Positions 47,701-61,887 of a DNA stretch of 64,000 nt are shown in pieces (positions within the stretch are counted from its first letter, which is position 1; the number at the start of each line of letters is the position of its first letter). Source of the stretch: Balanoglossus misakiensis. Lineage: Eukaryota; Animalia; Hemichordata. The stretch spans positions 6,934,047 through 6,998,046 of the forward strand of contig CM082591.2 of NCBI GenBank assembly GCA_040954595.2. The letters are read 5' to 3'. A program made the translations under genes and the position numbers. The notes beneath the pieces were generated by a model. The model did no database searches. It was not told the origin of the DNA and saw nothing but the letters and a program-made list of their open reading frames with translations.

Positions 47701-50700
47701 GTGAGAGCGGCCCTGCGCCGCTCTTTTTTTGTGACGGTGTTGAGGGGTGGGACCTGGGTCGGGGCGCCGCACTAAACAGCGATTCAAATCACGTGTGAAC
47801 AGAAACACCGCACTAAACGCCGATCTAAACGCACTCTGCCGACGCGGTTTGAGGGGATACAAGTGGCAGTTTCTAATGAGCTTGCATGTAAAATTACCCC
47901 TCTGAAAAGAGCGATGTTTAGCACCTTGCTTAGTCAACGGTCAATTTGCCTTGTTGCTGATGGTCATCAGTAAAATGAGGAGCCCCAAAACCTACAGGCA
48001 AAGCCTTGAGGTAGTCGGAACTTACTGCAGCTGGGGCTCTGCTGAAAAAATTGAGACGCCCAGTGGAAGTGGTAGTGAAACTTGTAGCAAAGTTCATGGT
48101 GATAATTGCTAGGCAACTAGGTCTTGCCATTGTCTGGCTAAAAATACATCCCTGTGCGTGAATAAATTAAAAACGTCTTTGTCCCAAGGGACCAACTCAA
48201 AGCGTTCCCACATCCCGGTATGCTTTTACTACTAGCATGGAGTCATGCTACTAGTATATTACGTACTGGTTTCAAAGCTGTAAGACTCACAGGCGGTACC
48301 GTAGAAGCGCTTATACTTATAGGATGACTGTACAAAAACTGGAAAAGTGTGGATTTTCTCGGATCTTCCATTTATTTGATGTGGAACAACAAATGGGACA
48401 AGTGGCGAAATGTGTCCTTGATTTTCAATCGCACCATGAAGCCTATTTGAACCTAATTTGCATAAATGTCCGAGGGGGTCGTTCTGGCACTTTGACTCAT
48501 TTTTACCCCCATTGTTTCGTCTTTTTGTAAAGAATAATTATTTTTTCCTGGTCGAACCGAAGGATAGATTACGGTATACGCTGTTTGGGTATAAGTCCAG
48601 AGCTACATATACAGTAAACACATCACTGAATCCGCCATTGTGACCTTTAGCCACTCTGCTGTGGACGCATTGAGTGCGGTGATCCCGTCCCTTTTATACA
48701 CATGTCAATGCATAACTATTTGAGTCGCTGATAAGAAATGTTTGCCAACTTTTATAATCCCCAAAAGGGCGCCCTAATCATTGCACGTGAGAAAGCCCTT
48801 TTTGAGACACTATTTGCCTATGGTAAACACAGAGCATTAATCATTTCAGTCGCGTTGTGTCCACACACACAAAGTTTATGTATAGGCGCTGAGGCTTCCC
48901 CCCATAGACAATGGGTTGTGTTCATCCTTACACCAGCTCAGGTCTGGCCAGCAAAGCCGTCTCAAAGCTGACACGTTTTAGGACCACTTACACTGTCCAC
49001 ACATGTTTATTAAGACGGTATCCGATCTAAGACGCTTCAGAACCGTCTGAAATGGTGCCTGTCTGACCCCCATAACGGTTCATACCAGTTAGATCCCTAC
49101 TGTAAATAAACCAAGTGATCCTTTGTGGAAGAAATTCGACGGTACATTATCATCGTTGATGCGGAAGTCATACTAGTCTGAAATTCGATGACAGTATTCT
49201 TTTTCTTCGTCTGGAGTCGCCATAACACCCTTTCATCCATGAATGTTCACATTGAGGTTAGACGCATTACTGGAGAAAAGCACACACAAACAAATTACCT
49301 TGCACACTGCCGCGTTCTGACCAAACACAACAACCCGGATGTTGGTTAAACTGCTGTTTGGTTTTCTGGCACTGAACGTGTTGATCTCCTCATACATGAT
49401 TTTTGCAACTGTATCGCTTGGGTACTGTAGACCACCTGTTCCCATGGCGGGAATGGCTATAGATGACATGTTGGCTTGGTCGGCTGATTCCAGACACTTC
49501 TTGATGACGCCTCTCATCAACTATTGATTAAAGATGAGTGTGAATTTGATTACAAACAATCCACAATGTTCGAAAGAATCGTCTCACATATCCCCTGGAT
49601 TCGCCAATAGGAATAAGTGACACAGATTCCTTTGGATATATTTCATTCGTCATAACATGCATTATGACTATTAAAATAGACCAAGTATCGCACAAAATTC
49701 CAATCACATAACAAATATTGTTAGGCCTTCCCATGATTGCAAATATCCATCCCATAAAATGGACGTCAGGTGGCTCTAAGGTAACATCTTTTATGCAAAT
49801 TAGTCAAATTGAATGTCAAATGTCTTACTGGGTCGCATTTTTGTCCGCCATCCCAATGTGTATCCAAAATGCAAACATGATAAACACGTTGACATTTCAG
49901 GTTGCCTCCTCCTGTGGACACCACGTCTCCTTCTTTAACAGGGTTGGGTTTGTTTTGGGTCAGGTCTGTCTGAAGTTGCTGGCCGGCAGCCTTCACCATT
50001 GCTTTCGCTAATACCCCATTATCCAAAGAGCAGGCTGTGGTGATTGGATTAACCAGTGCATCAGCCTGGAAAGTAATACCAGGTTCACACAGGGGAAAAT
50101 TTGAGACACTATTTGCCTATATGTTAAACACAGATCATTAATCCTTTGAGTCACGTTGTGTCCACACACACACAGTTTATGTATAGGCGCTGAGGCTCGG
50201 CCCCATAGACAATGGGTTGCGAGGAGGTGTTAATCCTCAAATCTGAGACGTTCCAGGACCACTTAAACCGTTCACACACATTTACGCAAGTATTTGGTCT
50301 GAGACGTTTCAGAAACGTCTTAATGGTTTGTGAGTGTGTGATCCCCATACAAAATAGCTATTAGTGGTAAATGTTGCTTTTGGTAAATTGTTGTACTTCG
50401 TGAGGTATGTAAAATGAAATAATACTGTACCTGTTCTTGAACGATGTCACCTTTAATCAGACTAACTGTCTTCCCTTCTGGTGTCTTGTAGGAGTTTCCA
50501 CTAACGGATATGAATGTAGAACCTGACGGGACTTGTAGTACAAAAACATTAAAATTAACAAATTGTTCCCAATACTACTACAGTTTTCACAGTACATTTT
50601 TCCTACATTTTCATGAAATAAATTAATCCTCACATAAATCTTAATATTTATATAAAAGTGAACTTAAAATGGCGTTGTAAGAAAACCAGATTGAATTTTC

Positions 50701-53700
50701 TAATATTTCTATATTTTTAAAGGGAACAAAAGCAAACGAATTAGTGTATTCAATTTGTTTCAGAAAATATCTCATCCACACCTACCAGTAACTCCTTGCG
50801 CACCAGTAAACCGTTTTAACTCGTCTTCAAACGCCTGTGTAATATTTCAAAAGGCACAGGTATTTAGTTTAGTGCCAATGCATCATAGAAATATTTGTTA
50901 ATAAATTAATAGACCATTTTCCGAATTCCACAATACCCTGCGAGATCTCGCGTGGCTAGGCAGTTTGTACGGGAAGACATTGTCATGTGACGTAGCGATA
51001 CACACTAATTACTCAAGAATGTTCAGAAAATCATATTATTCAGACTAAAGTGACAAACCTTGATGCTTGCTTGATCTTTGTCATAAACAACGACCATGAG
51101 TTCTTTAACAGGAGTGGTTGGGTGTCTTCTGCTGAAAGAGGTGAATTCTTCATAAATGATACTCGCAACGACATCTCGAGGGTAGTTGAGTCCACCGGTG
51201 CCAAGAGCCGGTACAGCAATCGATGACATGTTAGCCTGGTGTGCATTCTGGAAGCACTTTTGAAGGACACTTTGCAAAAGCTGTGAATCAATAAAACGTT
51301 ACTACAGAGGAGCTGGCATACACGACTGAAAGATGTACAAGGGTGAACGAATGAGGGCGCTTGGAGGGCAGACACCTACATGTATAATGTAACATTCCTC
51401 ATGCAAATCCGTAATATTCCCTACATTCACAGTCAATCAAAACCTCGATGACAGTCTCTTCACAATATTTTTATTGTATTTACAAAGAGCACTGGTTTAG
51501 TAGTATCTCTTGCTTCATCCAAAATCCAGAACGAGGATGTAAAGCTTCAAATCAAAATGCGCATTTATAGCTGCAATTGAAAATAGCACATGCGTAATGG
51601 TGTCAGTATACCTATTTATAAACTCGATCGACCTGCCTATGCTCATCATTGCAACCCCAAAACATAAAATAATTTTACCGGTTTGACTTTTGTGCCTCCA
51701 TCCCAGGAAGTTCCCAAGATACACAAATGATAAACATGGCTGCAATTCAGATTTGCACCTCCCGTCACTATGACGTCACCCTCGTTGACGGTCTGTGGTT
51801 TCTTCTGATTGATATCATTCTGGAGTTGTGGCCCAGCAGCCTTTAGGATAGCTTGTGACACGACACCAGTGGATAGGTCACATTTCGTGCCGGTTGTGTT
51901 CACAATGACATCAGCCTAAGAAGAACACATAAGATTCAATCACTAACCAAATCTCTCTTTTCTCTCATTTTGCAAACAAAAATCGAGCTGCAGTAGTTCC
52001 ATGATTCTTCATGTCGAAGACAATTTGCAGCCGAGAGACCCACCTGTTGATTGGCTATGCTTCCCTTCACGATTCTGACAACCTTTCCTTCAGCTGTTTT
52101 GAAACTTGTTGTATTAATTGCTGAAGCACGTGGCGCACTTGACATCGGCTTCTCTGATTCTGTAAGTCCTGTGATAAAATAGCAATTGCAGAATGTGTCA
52201 AGAATTGACAATAATACGAACTTCTTGTTTCGACGAATTACCTTGGAAATTTTACCGCGATAACCAGAAACCTAAAATTGATCAGCCACAAATTCTTCTG
52301 TTTTTAAATCATCACAAGAATTTCGCGATAAGACTGCACAAATTACCCAGCTTGACTTGTGATATAGGTAGGCCTACTCCATGTAGTCTTGCCATCTCAT
52401 CTTCAAATGCCTGTCGTGTGAACATAAGAAAATCGTCAACTGTTGAGTGATCATCAAAAAGCACACGGTCAATGTTGCAAAACAATGCACAATAAAATCG
52501 TCAACTAAAGCTATGCAAATTTAGTGACAGTTGCCATGACAAGTTGAAATGTACATCATTCGCCCAAAGTCCACATAACAGTGCCGATCGCGAAGCCAAA
52601 AGTTAAATCGTCTAACAGTTAAATAAAGTAATCAACCAATTAAGTACAGCCAAACCTGTCTATAGCGGTCAGTGAAGGGACTTCCTTAAACTGGCCTTGA
52701 TAGACAGGTGGCCTTTATAGACAGGTCAATTAATTCACATGTAAATTGTACAGGGAGTGTAACACGGTGGCCACTATATGGAGGTGGCCACTAACACAGG
52801 TTTGCCTGTATTCTAGATTTGGTCTCTTTTCCCCAAAACGTGGAGTGCCACTTTACCTTACAAGTTTGCAGGTCCTGATCGTACACCACAACTTTCACGT
52901 CTGACAAGGTACTTCTTGAATGTCTCTTACTGAACTTGATGACTTCTTCATAAATAATACTGGCTGTGATGTCTTTAGGATATCGAAGGTTACCAGTGCC
53001 CATTGCAGGAATCGCTATGGAGGTCATTTTGTTTCGGTGCGCTTCTTTCAGACACTTGTGAATTACACTGTGGAGTACCTGTAGAAATATTAAGCAACTA
53101 TTTTTGTCATTTCAATGCTAAATATACCACAGAATATAGGCAAATCATTAAAATACACATTAGGTCCAACCTGATATGTTTTACTAGTCCTGTTTCATAA
53201 GTCAGGTCCATGACATATGTACCGACATCTGTGATTGGTCCATCTGGTAATCTTAGGTCCACTTGCAGCACGCTGATTGGAGGGACCTTATGTGTTAGGT
53301 CTTATTATTATGTATTATTCACTAGACCTTGTAGGTTAGGTCTTATTACTATGTATTATTCACTTTACAGCTCCTTGATTGGTTAAGGCTGCATTCACAA
53401 ACACCTCTGGAGGGGGGGGGGGGGGGCGGGAGAATTCAATTTTTTTTACCGCTAATTTTCACATGCCCCCCTTCCGAACTGCCAATATTTTCAAATCCCC
53501 CCCTTCCGAACTGCCAAAATTTTGAAACCCCCCCCCCCCCCATTGTCTTTCACAGAGCAAAACACATCACCTATCTATCTTGTAAAAAGAAAAACAGCGC
53601 TCCCATGAAAAGAATTTGAAACTGATGTTTCCCCTCATCAGTGGGTATTAAAACTGAACATTGTTTTTATTTTTTAAGTACATATATTTGTATTCTGTGT

Positions 53701-56484
53701 TTGGAGACTTTGTAAACCGAGAATTGAAGGGGGTGGGTTTGGGAGGGGGTGTCCCCCTCCCACGTAAGAAAATTTTCTAAAATACAGAGCTCAAAGCTGC
53801 ATTTTAATGAACCCGGCAAAAGCAAATTAACTCAACTACAGGTATGTTGGGGAGGACAAATTTAACCGTCGGCACTCAAAGTTATCATGGGGTGGGGCAA
53901 GTCCTCTGACCTGGGACACTAGATAAACCAGTCAATGATTGAAAGGTGTTGATGAATGGAGGGGGTGGGTGTGGGAGGGGGTGTCGCCCTCCCACATGAG
54001 AAAATTTTGTAAAATAAAGGGCGCGAAACTGCATTTTTGTGGACTCAAAATAAATATTTAGTCGTTAAAGTTTTCAAGTCCCCCCCTTTCAGTCCCTAAA
54101 TTATTTCAAATCCCCCCCCCTCACATACCCTCAATTTTTTCAAATCCCCCCCCCCCTCAATTCTCGTGCCCCCCCCCCCTCCAGAGGTGTTTGTGAATGC
54201 AGCCTAATGTGTAGGTCTCCAGTTTTCACTGCCTCGTTATGCAGAGTCTTTTGTACTTTTTGAATACTGTTGTCGTATTCTGTCTGGCATGCTACCTGCG
54301 CGTGGTCGAAGCTCGTGATCGATCCCAGTGTATAAAGAAAGGCACTCATATAATGATTGGATTTCACATTTTCCTTCACACTATTCATGGCATTTTATGT
54401 GAAACTGTGAACTAGATACTCGAAATAAAAATTGCCAGGAGAAATTTCGCATTTATTTCCAGTGGCGGTTTGTTGAAATGGGCTAGTGTTTTGTTACGTA
54501 ATGCCTTTCAGCGCATCACTTCGTGTAACATCTGGCCATACAGACTGACACGTTAACCAATCAGGGAGCTGTATGGTGAATAAATACATATTAATAAGAC
54601 CTAACCTACAAGGTCCTGCATAATGAGGCAGTGAACACTGGAGGACCAGACCTACACATTAACCAATCAGGGAGCTGTAAAGTGAATAATGCATAGTAAT
54701 AAGACCTAACCTACAAGGTCTGGTGAATAATACATAGTAATAAGACCTAACACATAAGGTCCCTCCAATCAGCGAGCCGCAAGTGGACCTCAGAGAAGCG
54801 GATAAACCAATCAGAACATGTAATACGTGTGCATAGGACCTGTAATGTAGGTCATATATTTTGAAACAGGACTACTCATCCATGAAGAGTACGTTGTCAG
54901 TTGGCTATCTCATCTCTTTCTTTTGCTTACTGATTTTCCTTTCGCTTTTTAGCGTCTTATTTTGTGTCAATCGTGTATAGACTTCCCCCTAGACTCTATG
55001 GCAGGCTATATTCTAATTAGAACTTTCATACTGCGTACGACGCGCTGCCAGGCCAAGCGGCGCGTCCATAGGACGTTCTATACTAACGCGGACATGCACA
55101 CAGTCCTGGAGCAAGACTAACTTTCCCCTAAATCTTATTTTTATACAAGATGAAGATAATGCAACACACCTTAGTAGCATGTCTGCCATCATTCCACAGA
55201 GTGCCTAAGATGCAGACGTGGTACACAGCCTGGCAGTTCAGGTTACCTCCACCAGTAGTGATCACATCTCCTTCATTAACCGCACCACCAACCTTTGCGT
55301 TAATGTCATCTTGAAGTTGTTGTCCAGCGGTTTGTAAGATGGCTTGAGAGATTGCTCCAGTGGACAGGTCGCATGTCTTTACAATGGTGTTCACAATTAC
55401 GTCGGTCTATTGATAAAATACAATTAATCATTATTTTATTAGCGAAACGACCACAATACTTAAAGCCCCTTCAGCTGCCAAATTTCAAATATTTTTTTCC
55501 AAAGTAAAATACTTCAAATATATTCCCTATCCTCTAAAATCCTCACCATTAAAGGTATACGGTCACCTATTGAAAATTAGCTGTAGTTACCATGGCAAAT
55601 TGAGATATAGCCAATCACTGATTTTCAGTGGGTGGCACACGCGATAAAAAGAGCGCCACCAAGTGTTCTTTAGAACGCTCAAATACGCCATTTCAGCCAT
55701 ATATGGGTGTATGTAAATTTGGAGGTGACTGTATACCTTTAAGCCATTACATTTGCATCATTTTGTCATCTCTTGGCGACGCGTACCACGATAGTTGCGT
55801 ACTGTTTGTATGGAGGCTGATTAAATGGGTGTGGCACCCGTTTAATCCATAGCGTGTTCAAATTGCAACATGCAGTCACAGTCGGGCATCAATAAGGTGT
55901 TCATGTATACCTATCAGTAAGCTTATTTAGATGAACCAATTTAAGTTGGAAAATAAAATCATGAAATTAATGCAAATAGTGGCAGCTCTAGAGGCCGAGA
56001 GGGGAGGTTTTACAGTCACTGCTCTCAGTGCATGGGTAACATCGGAATGCTTTTATATTGTTAAAACAGTTACATACCGTTTGCTTTGCGATATTTCCCT
56101 TCACCAGCTCGATGTTCATCCCCTCAACTGTTGAGAAAATGTTTGAGTATGAGGGTTTGACGGACCATGCAGATCGCTGTGGAATAAGAAAATCCTCATC
56201 TGTAGCATCAATGTCATCTCCATCACTAGAATCCACCTCCGTTTCATCCATGTAATCTGAAATAATAAAATAAAATGTCCGCAGTGATGTGGGATTTGAC
56301 TGGAAAAGACGTACAGTAAACTCATGAATAGCACATTTCAAAAATCATCTTGGCAGTTTCAAGAAACACATCAAGACTTATCTGTTTACAGAACCTACTA
56401 ACAATAACTTCACATTGGAATTTTGACATTGTAAAGCGCCATTGAACACTACTGCAGTTTGCACTCTATAAATACCTGTGTTGG

Positions 56485-56542
<58 letters not shown>

Positions 56543-56564
56543 AGTTGGTTGGTTGGTTGGTTGG

Positions 56565-56602
<38 letters not shown>

Positions 56603-59600
56603 AATTGATTATTTGATTGATTGATTGATTGAGTGAGTGAGTGAGTGAGTGAGTGAGTGAATGAGTGAGTGTGAGTGAACGAGTGAGTGAGTGAGTGAGT
56701 GAGTGAGTGAGTGAATGAGTGAGTGTGAGTGAGTGAATGAGTGAATGAGTGAGTGTGAGTGAACGAGTGAGTGTGAGTGAGTGAGTGAGTGAGTGAGTGA
56801 GTGAGTGAGTGAATGAGTGAATGAGTGAGTGTGAGTGAACGAGTGAGTGTGAGTGAATGAGTGAGTGAGTGAGTGAGTGAGTGAGTGAGTGAGTGAGTGA
56901 GTGAGTGAGTGAGTGAGTGAGTGAGTGAATGAGTGAATGAGTGAGTGAGTGAATGAGTGACTTCTTAGCACGAGACAAACTTACCTGTGTGGTCAGATAG
57001 GTCTGCAACCTCGATCACACAAGTTGTTTGTTCTTCCAGCGTTCGAAGATAAGATTTGCCCTTTTCTTGAGAGAACAGTTTCTGCATTCCTGGTTCACAA
57101 ATTTGGAGTTTGTCTCTGATGACGCCGTCGATTATTTTCGTCAGTTCAGATTTGACTGCTTTAATATCATCTTCTGTACCTTTAAGTGATATCGAAGGAA
57201 CTTTTCCTGTCAGGACTGGGTTGATGTGCACCTCTTGCAGTTGTCCCTGTTTTAATTTTTCGATGGTGTCTTTCATGAACTTCACGAGGAACTGTAGCTC
57301 TCCATGGCCGGCCTTAACTTTATCTTCTATTATGGTGTACACTTTAATGAACTTCACAAGTTCTGTTTCTATGGCAGATAGTGACGCCTTGAAACCAGTG
57401 ACCTTGACACTTGAGGTAGTGTCTCTAGAAACGGCAATCTTTGCTGTGTGGTCATCTTGCAATTTCACCACCATTTCATCCCAATCGCTGTGTTTCAATG
57501 CCATTTCTGACTGCGGGGGTATTTTGATGGTGATCTCATCGGCGGTCTCCTTAATAATCGCCAGGGCTTTCTGTACGCTTTCTTTATTCACTGCCGTGCA
57601 GAGAATTCCCTCGTCTTCCACAATGAAATCCGCTGCCAGGGTTTCCTCTTTGAATGTGGTGGATATTGTGTCGGTGACTTTTTCTGTTGCCAAGAAACTG
57701 ACAAGGGACTTCGAAGGTGGCGAAACCCTCATGGTAGCCACCCTCTGCAAAGACTCGTACATTTCTACTTTTGCAGCATACACATCCGAACGAGGTCCCT
57801 CGAAGGATATGCTTTGGTTTGCACCATCTATCTGTACATCCAAGTCTGGGAAAGATTTCACAACGGTCTTGTCAAACTTCAAAATCATCAACTGCTTCAG
57901 TTTGAGATTATCCAGCTTGGCCAGTTCTTGAATCCGCTGCCGCTGTCTCTCCAGTTCTTCTTGTACACCATGGATCACCTTCTGCACGTTGGTTTGAAGT
58001 TGGTTTGTGTCGTCTACTCGTCCAGTTATGATGACAGTCGATGAGTCGTCGTCAACTTCTGTCTCTAACCCTTTTGCAGCAAGCTTGTTTTTGACCTGCA
58101 GCCAAATTCCCTCGGGCACTGGTATGGATACACTCTTAAACTGGTTCGTGTGTTCTAAGAGTGTGTCTTCAACATCTTTCGACCATGTCTTCACTATTGC
58201 ATGAACATTTGGTGTGGTTTCAGACAACGTGGGTTTGATGATGACAGAACTTCCAGAATTCTCTTCAAATTCTATCTGACTGTGTTTTTGCTGCATATCA
58301 CTCTCCAGCTCCGTCAAGTAAGTCTCGTTTCCTTTTATGAAATCCAGGACTTTCGCATTGACAGTGACTGATACCGCTTTGGGTAGAGTAGGAACGGGTT
58401 GTTCTTTGCTCACAACATACCCGATGCTTTCATGAAATGGCTGAACTTCGACTGATGTTCTTTGGATCGTGTGCTGTCTTTTCAGAACGGAATCGACCAC
58501 TGTAAAAACAAACCACGGAAATGTTTCTTTTAAGTCTTTACGTAAAATGCATGCAATATTCATGCAAAGGTTTGATTGCAATGTCCTCAGTTGTAGAAAT
58601 CTTAACCCAAGAAACCCTGATGCATAGACCAATGAAGAACCATAGCCCTCTCCTTTTCTCCGTACAGAGATTGTAGCTAACCTATCTAGGGGGACTGGTA
58701 GTCTCGGTTACCCAGAGCCCTCTGCTTCTTCCGCTGGAGTGCCCAACGGAAGAAGCAGAGGGCTCTGGGTAACCGAGACTAGGGGGACTGGCCGCACCAA
58801 TTATAGTGGCTGTCGGTCAGACCCCCTAGCTAGGTTAGAATTATCCACGCGCTACAATCTCTGAGAATAATGAACGTACTTTGTTCATATGTAGCAAGTC
58901 GAGTTCTTGCAGCACCTTACCATTGTAATCCTGAAAATAGACTAGGGCGGAATTTCGCTCTGGGTCCATCTTCACTTCACTGACATTGCCTCCACCACTT
59001 CTCTTCTTGTTGTCAAAATATAATTCGAGAACATCATCGCTGATACGAGGAGGAAGACCTTTCACTAACACGCAGTTGGATACTTCAACGGACATGGCAG
59101 ACAACTTAGCACGCTTGAATGGTTTCGATTTTATCTTGTTAAGCACCTGAATTAAATCTAGACAGAGAAAGGTTTACTTCTATGTTAGAATGAAACCGTT
59201 CATAAATATGACAACGATTTCAGTTTAGTTTTGTCATTTAAACCATGATATCTAATACCACAGAATAGATTTTCCTATATCATAACAAGACATGCATGGA
59301 AAGTATTACTAGTGAAAATACATGTACAATAATGTTACATTAAATACTGCAAAGATTAGTCTTATGTCGTACACCAATGGATAAACAAAAAAAATTAATA
59401 TCTTTATTTATTAGCGGTTTTTAATATTTGATTTACAAGTCAGATAATTCAGATCACTGCAGTAATTACCTTTTAATTCATCCTGGTATCTTACTAGGAC
59501 TCTTCCACGTTTCTCGCCGAAGTAAAACTCTGCAGGCTCCTCAATACCAGTACAATTTTCAAGATACATCTCAAGTTCCTCCCTCCTGGTGTCATCAGGC

Positions 59601-61836
59601 AAACCATCAATAAGTATGCTCCTCTTTTCAGTTGGTAGAATTTGTCTTTCTTTCACCTTCAGCACAGTGTTGTCCACTACATGTCTCTTTGCCAATACTC
59701 GTGTAGCAGCTAAAAAGATGCATTGGTGATGACATGAAATAGGTAGACCAGACTTACACAAAATATTAGTAAAACCCTGACAGGCGAGCCTGTAAGGCAG
59801 TGGACTGCGATTGATTTATTTTTGCCTTTCTATTGTGGAAATGACTTGGTTATAAACACACTTCTGACAATTGTCCCTCAAGCCATCACATTGCATAGGA
59901 AACCGCCACCATCATCGTGAAGAATAACTTTGACAATGAAAGCAACTACTTACCTTCAGGATCCTCAAACACCACCAATACAATCTTTTCATCTTTAACC
60001 TCGAAGCTCTGAATACTTCCCCCACCAGATCGTCTTTTATTCTCAAAATACATTTCCAATGTTTCTGTGTTGGTATTGGAGCTATATCCTGATACTTCTA
60101 GTGCGACCAGTACAGTTTCGTCTGCACCTATATAAAATAAAACCGGGTTATTTATGTGTTAATTTGTATACTATCAGCATGTTGTCTGTCTGTCTGTCGG
60201 TCTGTCCAGTTGCTATGATAATTGCATAATATATACCACTTAATATTTAGTCACTGTAGTAACCAAATGTCAGTTATGCTATTATATCCAACAATTTTCT
60301 TTGAATTGGCATTATTGGCAATCAAACTCTCTTTCAAAATGATCGGTCGTTACCTTTTCTCTCAACTTGTTCTTTCTTTTGTGTCTGGTCAGTTTTCATC
60401 TCCTGTTTCTTTTTGGTCTGGACTGGACTTTCCTCGGGCTTTTTCTCTTCCATTTTTGTTTTAGAACTTGGTTGTTGCTTGGTTACTCCACGTTCTGGAG
60501 ACTGCTTCACAGCTGCAGGTTTGTCTGGTGAAGTCTGCGGCTGCCTCTGTGGAAGTGGTTGGTCAGGACGGCCAGGATATTGTGGATGAGTTGCCCCAGG
60601 AAAAGGCGGCAAACTGCCATACTGCATGTCATGTTGGAAACCTCCCGGATGTGGGTAAGGTGGTGGATATCCTGGCCATGGACCATACGGGTGCTGCATC
60701 GGCCATCTTGGTTGTGGCTGACCCGGATGTTGCTGCCATGGTGGCGGTGGGGGCTGTGACGACTGTTGGAATTGCGACCATTCGTTGCCTTGTGGACCAG
60801 GTGGAATAGTGCCAAATTGAGGATTGTACCACGATTCATTGAATCTCTGTTGATGTTGATAATGTGGTTGTTGCCATGGTGGATTCAAGAAGGGCTGTTG
60901 TTGTTGTTGTTGTTGTTGTTGCTGCTGCTGCTGCTGCTGATGGTGAGGAGGAGGAAACTGGTGTTGTATATTCGGATGTTGCATATCTGTCTGGAAATGT
61001 GGATACTGGTACGACCGTTGTTCATTCGGCTGTCCACTTTGCACAGTCGGATTCTTATGGCTTTGGTTTAATGGCGGTAGTGATTGAGGTTGTAATAACG
61101 GTTGTTGATTCTGGAGCTGAGGCTGTTCTTGTAGATGCGATTGGGGTTGTTGGCTTGTCTGTGACAGTCGCTGATTCAAAATCACGGGTTGATTTTCACG
61201 TTGATTATCTTGATGCTGTGCTTGTAGTGGCACGTCATAGCCCTGTGGTTTTCCCACTGACTTCATTGCTGGTTTTGGTTGTTGCTTCTTTTGTGGCTGA
61301 TAAGTTTGAGTTGTCAGCTGCTTCTGCTCTTCCGTCAGTGGCTGTTGTGATACAGGCTGCAACAACACGGGTTGTTCTTGGTCTGTAGAGATTGGATTCT
61401 GCTTCACTTTCAAATCCTCTGCACTTGGAAAATCAGCATCTTTTCTCAATCTGCCTGATTTAGTGCCATCTGCTGCGGCGGTCTTTACTGTCATGACCGT
61501 CTGTTCTTGAGCTGCCTGTTCCGTATTTGAACATTTATCACCTTCCCGGAGTTGCGAAGGTGCCGCTGTTTGCTCGAAGTCTTTGTTTGGCTTCAATTCA
61601 TCACTATGCAGCGTGGTCTGTACTTCTCCAGAATATTCTTTGATATTTGACGTATCTGGAGCCACCTGATTATCCTCCTGCTGTGACGTCATGTCGTTTC
61701 CTCCATGATAGGTTACGCCTCTGTTTGCATCACTCTGTCCTGAAGATGTCACTTGTGGATAGATAGCTTCTTTTTGACCCATGGCATCTCTGACGGTTGC
61801 GCGTTCAGGTTCCTCGTCACTATGGTAATGTATGGC

Positions 61837-61887
<51 letters not shown>

